From assembly GCF_006345805.1 (NCBI RefSeq), contig NW_021835159.1, positions 1 through 42,087 of the forward strand: a stretch of DNA of 42,087 nucleotides. Reading direction: 5' to 3'. The stretch's first letter is position 1; the number at the start of each line of letters is the position of its first letter. This document shows, in pieces, positions 36,321 through 42,087 of this stretch. A program made the position numbers and the translations under genes. Origin of the DNA: Octopus sinensis (taxonomy: Eukaryota). The notes under the pieces were generated by a model. The model was not told the origin of the DNA. It saw only the letters and a list, made by a program, of their open reading frames with translations, and did not search any database.

Positions 36321-37189
36321 AAAAGTACAGTTCCCCAAATTCTGCAGAGCTTAAGGACCACCTGAGAACCCTGTTTCCACAAAAAAACTGTTTGCCGGAA
36401 CTACACAAAACCGCATTTCACGGGAGGGCTACCACTACTTTCAGAAAACCACTACTTTCAAGAAAATCGTCGCAATGCATTTAGAGTGGCGTGAAAACCT
36501 AGAGAATTGGTGCCCAGAGCATCCTTTTCCTAATTTCCGACAAGCGGTCGAGTATACGAGTGGAGAGAGCAAAAAGAAGCAGGAAGCATTTGACCCAGAC
36601 TGCCTTCTTCCAACTGAACTGTTAAATATGGAGTGGGATCTGTGATGATCTGGGGTGGGGATGCATCTCTGAAATTCTCCGGCCCAATTGTTTCCCTTCC
36701 TGGCAGAATTAATAGTGAAGGCTATTTATCTAATCATTTTATCTAATCAAAGTCGTCCTATGGTTGTGGAACTGTTTCCTGAGAGAAACGGAATCTTTCA
36801 GAATGATAAAGCACCAATTCACACAACTAAAGTGTTACAGAATGGCAGGTACAACTAAAGTTGTTACAGAATGGCAGGAAAAACATTCTAGTGATGTTGA
36901 AAAAGTCATCGGGTCACCACACCCCAGATCTCAATATTATTGAGCATTTATTGTGCATTTTATCAAAACGCATAAAGAGCCGATATCCTCCACCATATCG
37001 ACACCAACTACAAATGATGTAGACTTTTTTACCAGATGAATGGAAGAAATTTTCTTTGGAAACAATTTTAACTTTGTACGAGTCCATACCTCATAGAATA
37101 AAGATATAATATTGCAAACGGCCGTCCTACCATATATTAAGATAATTTGTTAAAAATTTCAAGGTGTTTCATTATTTGTCCAACGCCTG
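36321..37189 (+). mobile_element. Tc1 transposon, 5'-truncated (beside cassette 6)
   Basis: Copy of 22111-22961 with an extra ~29-bp tandem duplication at ~36820-36880. Confidence 0.9.
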
Positions 37190-37487
37190 TATTTACGTAT
37201 AACCACACACACGCACACACACACACACACACACAACAAACACACACACAACACACACAATATATATATATGTATATAACATGTGTGTGGAGCTACATAT
37301 ATATCTGTATACATAGATATGTATGTATATACATATTATATACATACACACACACATATATATGGTATATACATGTATATAAATAGGTATATATATATAT
37401 ACAAATATACATATATGTATATATGCCTAAATATATATATGTATATATATATATACATACACATATTATATATATATATACATATAT

Positions 37488-37531
<44 letters not shown>

Positions 37532-37541
<10 letters not shown>

Positions 37542-38116
37542 ATTTAGGAATGGTCATATTGCCAGTTTTGAGCCAATTTTGCTTCAGTGTTATTTATTTT
37601 TTACATTAATCTTAATCTTATTTCGGACAGAATTCTTTCGTCACACTCCTGTGACCGCATCAAAGGTCCTTTGTTTTCTTCTTTCTTATTTGTGTCTCTC
37701 CTTACTAACCGTCAGCCATTTTGTATTTCTATTGTATGTCTTCATTTGCGCATGCTTATATCTCTATGTGCGTTTATGTTTATTTAGTGTGTGTATGTGG
37801 GGGGATGCCTGTAATATTTGTATCTTCTGTTTTATATGTTCATGTAATTTGTATTTTGTTTTTGTTGTTTATCTTATTTGTTCATGTGTTTACATCCACT
37901 TATTATAATAATAAGTGGATGTAAACACATGAACAAAATAAGAATAAACAAAAACATATATAAACAGAAGATACAAATATTACAGGCATCCCCCCACATA
38001 CACACAAATAAACATAAACGCACATAGAGATATAAGCATGCGCAAATGAAGATATATAGTGCGTGTGTTTTTATTGGCTAAACTGGCAATATGACCATTC
38101 CTAAATACAACAATAT
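37532..38116. repeat. Large imperfect foldback, copy 2
   Basis: Matches 23400-23990; apex catccacttatt-ataat-aataagtggatg at ~37905. Confidence 0.9.
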
Positions 38117-38135
38117 CTATTCAACACACGATTTC

Positions 38136-38189
<54 letters not shown>

Positions 38190-38470
38190 ATATATATATA
38201 TGTATATGTATATAGATAAATACATGTATAGGTATATGTATAAATACATCCACATACATCCATACAACATACATAAAATCGCATGCAACCCACATATCTC
38301 AATATGGATTCACGAAAGTATTTAATGAATGTTAGTTTGGCAAATATATTGGTAATAAACCTGTATAGTTCTCCTCAGGTTAGAGTAAGAGTAAGAATCA
38401 GTTAGAGTAAGAATCAGATGCAGAGATTAAACCATAATGTTATAAAATATGTTTTAGTTTTATATCATAC

Positions 38471-38605
38471 TTTGTTGACAAAAGTCGCCTGTATATCCAG
38501 CAGAACATCCATCTGAGCATTTTCCAGTTATTCTGTCGCAGCTTTCCTCGTCGATACAATGACATGTCCCTCTACAATTCCTACCAAATCTACCAACTTC
38601 ACATT
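38471..38605 (-). CDS. EGF cassette 6, exon B
   Basis: 135 nt, phase 1-1; CEVGRFGRNCRGTCHCIDEESCDRITGKCSDGCSAGYTGDFCQQ. Confidence 0.9.
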
Positions 38606-38864
38606 CTGAAAATATTAATACAAAACACAATAGATTAGATATTATTAGCTCCACACAATAAAAGTTATGGCTGTAGGAGCTCTCTTCTACAAATATATGT
38701 AAGATATCAAAGACACGCTTTTTTATTACCGTATCTTAAAGCATAACTCATGAGTTAACATTGAAGTAGTTTTTGATGATAAATAAGAAAGTTGATTTAC
38801 GCTAAGAAACTAAATGAAATGTAGAGAATTTTAAAATGTTGGAATAAAAGGTGTTGGAAATAAC

Positions 38865-38993
38865 CTTCTTGGCAGTTGTACCCGGTGTATCCTGCATCAC
38901 ACACTCCTGGACATAGTCCATTTATGTGGTTACATGTTTCGGAACAATGACAGGACTTTGTGCAATTGCGACCAAATCTACCGCTGAGACATT
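38865..38993 (-). CDS. EGF cassette 6, exon A
   Basis: 129 nt, phase 1-1; CLSGRFGRNCTKSCHCSETCNHINGLCPGVCDAGYTGYNCQE. Confidence 0.9.
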
Positions 38994-39367
38994 CTGAAAT
39001 AATAAAATAAAAACGTTAGCCATAAATTGCTATTATAAGAGTTTTATGATATAGTATGGATGACTTAATATGCTAGATATTGTTATATATTTTAGCATTA
39101 CAGACCCTAGATAGAGATGAATATATACTTGATTCCTTATTGTATTTCCACGTGGATCAATGAAATGTCACTACAGATAATAAGATGAAAGTATTCGCGT
39201 AAAATAAAATTCCATGAAATATCAAATATAGATAATTATAAAGAATCACGAGCTGAACACGACTTCTTTCAGCAACTTTTTCATACGTCGCCCTCTGTAT
39301 ATCAGAAATGGTGTTCAATGGTGATAGATTTATTAATGAATGACAGTTTGGTAAGTAGCTTGCTTCC

Positions 39368-40589
39368 GGTTCCGGTCGTTAGTTGTTCTTCACTCGCCTG
39401 TTGAACTCGCCACGTTGGTTTGCAGCTGGCGAAAATTAAAAGACACTCTACTGTAAGGTAAGACTTTTTGCTTCTTGAGTCCAGTAGGATTTGTTGCTTG
39501 TAGGTTTTATGTTTTGTACTAGCACGGAGGCGAGATGGATCGAGGAGACCATCCGGCGAGGCCTGGGGGATAGCGGGCCCAGGCTATTGAGTGTAGAGAT
39601 TACTCCCGCGGTCGACTAGGAGGGATCAAAGGCAACTTTGACCCTGTGGACCCCGGTGGCCGTGGGAGATATGATATTCCCAGACTTCCTAAAAATGGCC
39701 GGGTACAGGTACCCGGTATTACTCGAGGAACGCCCTCCCCCCGAGTGTCACCTGTGCATGGAGCTGGCCATATCAAAAGGAACTGTCCCGGGGCCGTGGT
39801 GGTGCCCTGGAGCATGAGAAAGAAAAGGTGTCCGCCGCCCCTTATTGGAGGGGGAGACGGGTACAAGTCGTGGTGGAAGTTGCCTCCACGAAAGGAAAAA
39901 AAGAAAGGTGAGCAACAATGGTTGCTCACCAAAGAATGTTCAAGCGGCGGAGGGTTGCGACCCTCCGCGTCTGTCGACGCAGCCCCCTACACCCGCAACC
40001 TCAAAAAGAAAGAGAAAAAAGAGGAGCAGAGGACGGTCTGCGGATGTTCCTGGGCCGCCGACGGAGCCGCCGACGGAGCCACCTGCGGATAGGGCTCCGT
40101 CAGTGGGAAGTGTGCCACTGACGGAGCAGTGTGAAGTCCCTTCCTGTGAAGAGGAGGTGTTTGTCCTCCTTTACCACGAGGGAGGGACGGTGAGTAAATT
40201 TTTGGACGGCTTGGGTGACCGAGAACGTGTGTACTCGGTCCACTCAAGTAGTCCGATATAGCATCCGCAGGTGGCTGAGGAGGCAGTTACTGAATAAATT
40301 TGTCAAAGGTCGGCTGTGAAAGAATTTGCTTTCCTCTTTGCAGGCCCCGACTTATCGATGCAGAGTTGTCTGCAGTCGGCAAGTCACTTAGCTTGGGGGA
40401 CCTGAAAAAGAGAATTGTAAGAAAATTTTATATTGTTGTAAAGAAACTTTGTATTCGAGGGTTTATCGGTCGGTGGGCGCCAACATCCCTCCCATCCGCA
40501 TTATTTCGTTCCATTTCATCTCATCCTGTCTATGTCCAGCCCACAAGCTTCTATCTGTGTACTGCCCTTGTGGCAAATTATATGAAATA
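39368..40589 (+). mobile_element. Internally deleted L1/Tx1-like LINE, copy 2
   Basis: Copy of 25226-26435 with the same TSD, frameshifts and a 12-bp in-frame duplication (PPTEPPTE). Confidence 0.7.
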
Positions 40590-40735
40590 AAGAAGCTTGC
40601 TTCCCAACCATATAGATCCGGGTTTAATCCCACTGCGTTGTACATTGGGCGTCTGTCTTTTACTATAACGTCGGGCTGACCAAAGCCTTGTTAGCAGATT
40701 TGGTCGGCGGAAACTGAAAGAAGGCAGTCGGATGC
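40590..40735 (+). mobile_element. tRNA-derived SINE body (copy of 26436-26585)
   Basis: Direct match. Confidence 0.8.
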
Positions 40736-40811
40736 ATATATATACACACACAAACACATAAGTATATGTATATACATATTATAATATATATATATATATA
40801 ATATATATATA

Positions 40812-40848
<37 letters not shown>

Positions 40849-40850
<2 letters not shown>

Positions 40851-42087
40851 AGGTGAATGAATTATCTTAGTATGGATAATTCGGTTAACCGATACCTGGG
40901 TAGCAAATTCACGTCAGAAAACACGGTTGAAGCTACATGCCAAATGCAGAAATCCCGTGATCTCGTGTGGAAATTTGTGTGTTTTTTTTAACTATGAATA
41001 AATGAAAGAATGAAGTCGAACGATGATTTAACAAAATTCCTTTACTCTCGACACATGTTTCGAAGGCTGCATATTCTTAATTCCGAAGGAATAAAGGGTG
41101 CATTATGCTGCCATCTCATCAGGAAAGACAAGGAACTTATGTCAGCATCATGACGAACACAAAAACTTTTAGATGACTGCCCACATGATGTCCACAGTAA
41201 TAACGAGTGTTTCTTTAAATATACCGTTAAAGCAATGACGTCAAAATTGGTTGGATGGAGAATGTTCTAAAAAAGTTCAAGAGTTCAAATTGGTTGGAAG
41301 GAGAAAGTTCTAGGGAGGGTGATAGAGTGCAAGCTGTATTGTATGGGGATGCGTGGGTGTATGCTATTTTTAATGAGTTTAAGTGCTTGTGTGTGGTATG
41401 TATATAACTGGATCGTTGTCTGTGTGTGTGTGTGGTGCGTGACCGTGTGTGTAGGGGGATAAAGTCAGAAACATTTAGTAGTGAGGTGACAAATTTGTGT
41501 CTGTGTGTTCGATTGTGGGTATGATAGAGAGAGAGAGAGAGAGAGGTGGGGCGATGCAGAGAGAGAGAAAGAGGAAAACATATCCCAACAAATTTAGTAG
41601 TAATTCTTCATGTACCGTAGTAGAAAAAAATTTTGTCTATGGTGGTGTTGTAGAAGTGAGACTAAATTATTAAATCAAAGAGTTTATATATATTAATCAT
41701 CATTCATATGAGTGGAAAGTATGTCTCTGCCAATGTTTGCACTTATAGGATTTTTCTATAATGTGTTTACCAAGAGGGAATTTGGAGAAAAGGATAAAGA
41801 AGAGTTCGGAATTACAAATGCAACAGAATTCCCTGCCCATTATCAAAAGGAAAGGATACAGATAATATGGACCAGTCCAGTTTGAAAGTTATATTGCTGT
41901 CCTTTAAGACGCCAAACTAATTTACTTAGTCCTATACTATGTTGTTTTTCTTATTTCGGAAAGTTGAATAATGATTGGAAATCTCTTGGACAATCGAGAA
42001 GTTGTCGCGCCAATATCGAAGAAGAACACGGTACTGGAAAAATCTTACACTGGTAAATGGAGTTTTTAATTTTGGAATTGCTGGACA
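40849..42087 (-). mobile_element. Penelope-like element, copy 2 (3' pLTR and GIY-YIG end; truncated by window)
   Basis: Matches 26691-27922; GIY-YIG frame broken by 1-nt indels. Confidence 0.88.
41039..41133 (-). ncRNA. Type I hammerhead ribozyme, third copy
   Basis: Identical core and stems I/III to 26879-26973; one substitution at an unpaired stem II position. Confidence 0.78.

Larger units (their letters stand above)
31427..42087 (+). repeat. Segmental tandem duplication, copy 2 (runs off the window)
   Basis: Collinear with 17219-27922; many 1-nt indels plus substitutions and short tandem insertions. Confidence 0.95.

Noticed and set aside
1029-38302. Dozens of ORFs rich in YI, HT, CV, MYVC repeats
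   Set aside because: Translations of (TA)n, (CA)n and (TACA)n microsatellites, which lack stops in some frames.
13084-38993. CRISPR-like or prokaryotic repeat system
   Set aside because: Repeats are kilobase-scale spliceosomal exon cassettes in clearly eukaryotic DNA; no short repeat-spacer array or cas genes.
13084-38993. Assigning a gene symbol such as MEGF10, MEGF6 or PTPRK
   Set aside because: EGF repeats alone do not distinguish these families; no EMI, TM or phosphatase exon is visible.

Overview
AT-rich, microsatellite-dense eukaryotic DNA. The SINE/LINE families and (TA)n/(CA)n/(TACA)n content suggest a coleoid cephalopod such as Octopus (inference, not verified). The main host feature is on the minus strand: six tandem copies of a two-exon cassette encoding 8-Cys laminin-type/MEGF-Draper-SREC-like EGF modules (exon A 129 nt, exon B 135 nt, all phase 1-1, joined by a 259-261 nt intron). 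One B exon is dead (stop, donor GT>CT, Cys loss), one A exon has lost two Cys and one A exon carries two 1-nt deletions. The cassettes appear to form a period-3 higher-order array, including a recent ~14.2 kb tandem duplication (17219-27922 vs 31427-42087). No start, transmembrane or cytoplasmic exon was found, so the gene cannot be named. The introns are packed with mobile DNA: a decayed R4-clade REL LINE, RTE LINEs, tRNA-derived SINEs, two mariner elements, a Tc1 copy beside every cassette, an internally deleted L1/Tx1-like element inserted with a TSD into a SINE head, a Helitron/HINE-like element, and an RT-less Penelope-like element with inverted pLTRs carrying type I hammerhead ribozymes. 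Several long foldback hairpins abut (TA)n tracts. Most ORFs in the supplied track are microsatellite artefacts. All identities and alignments were judged by eye.
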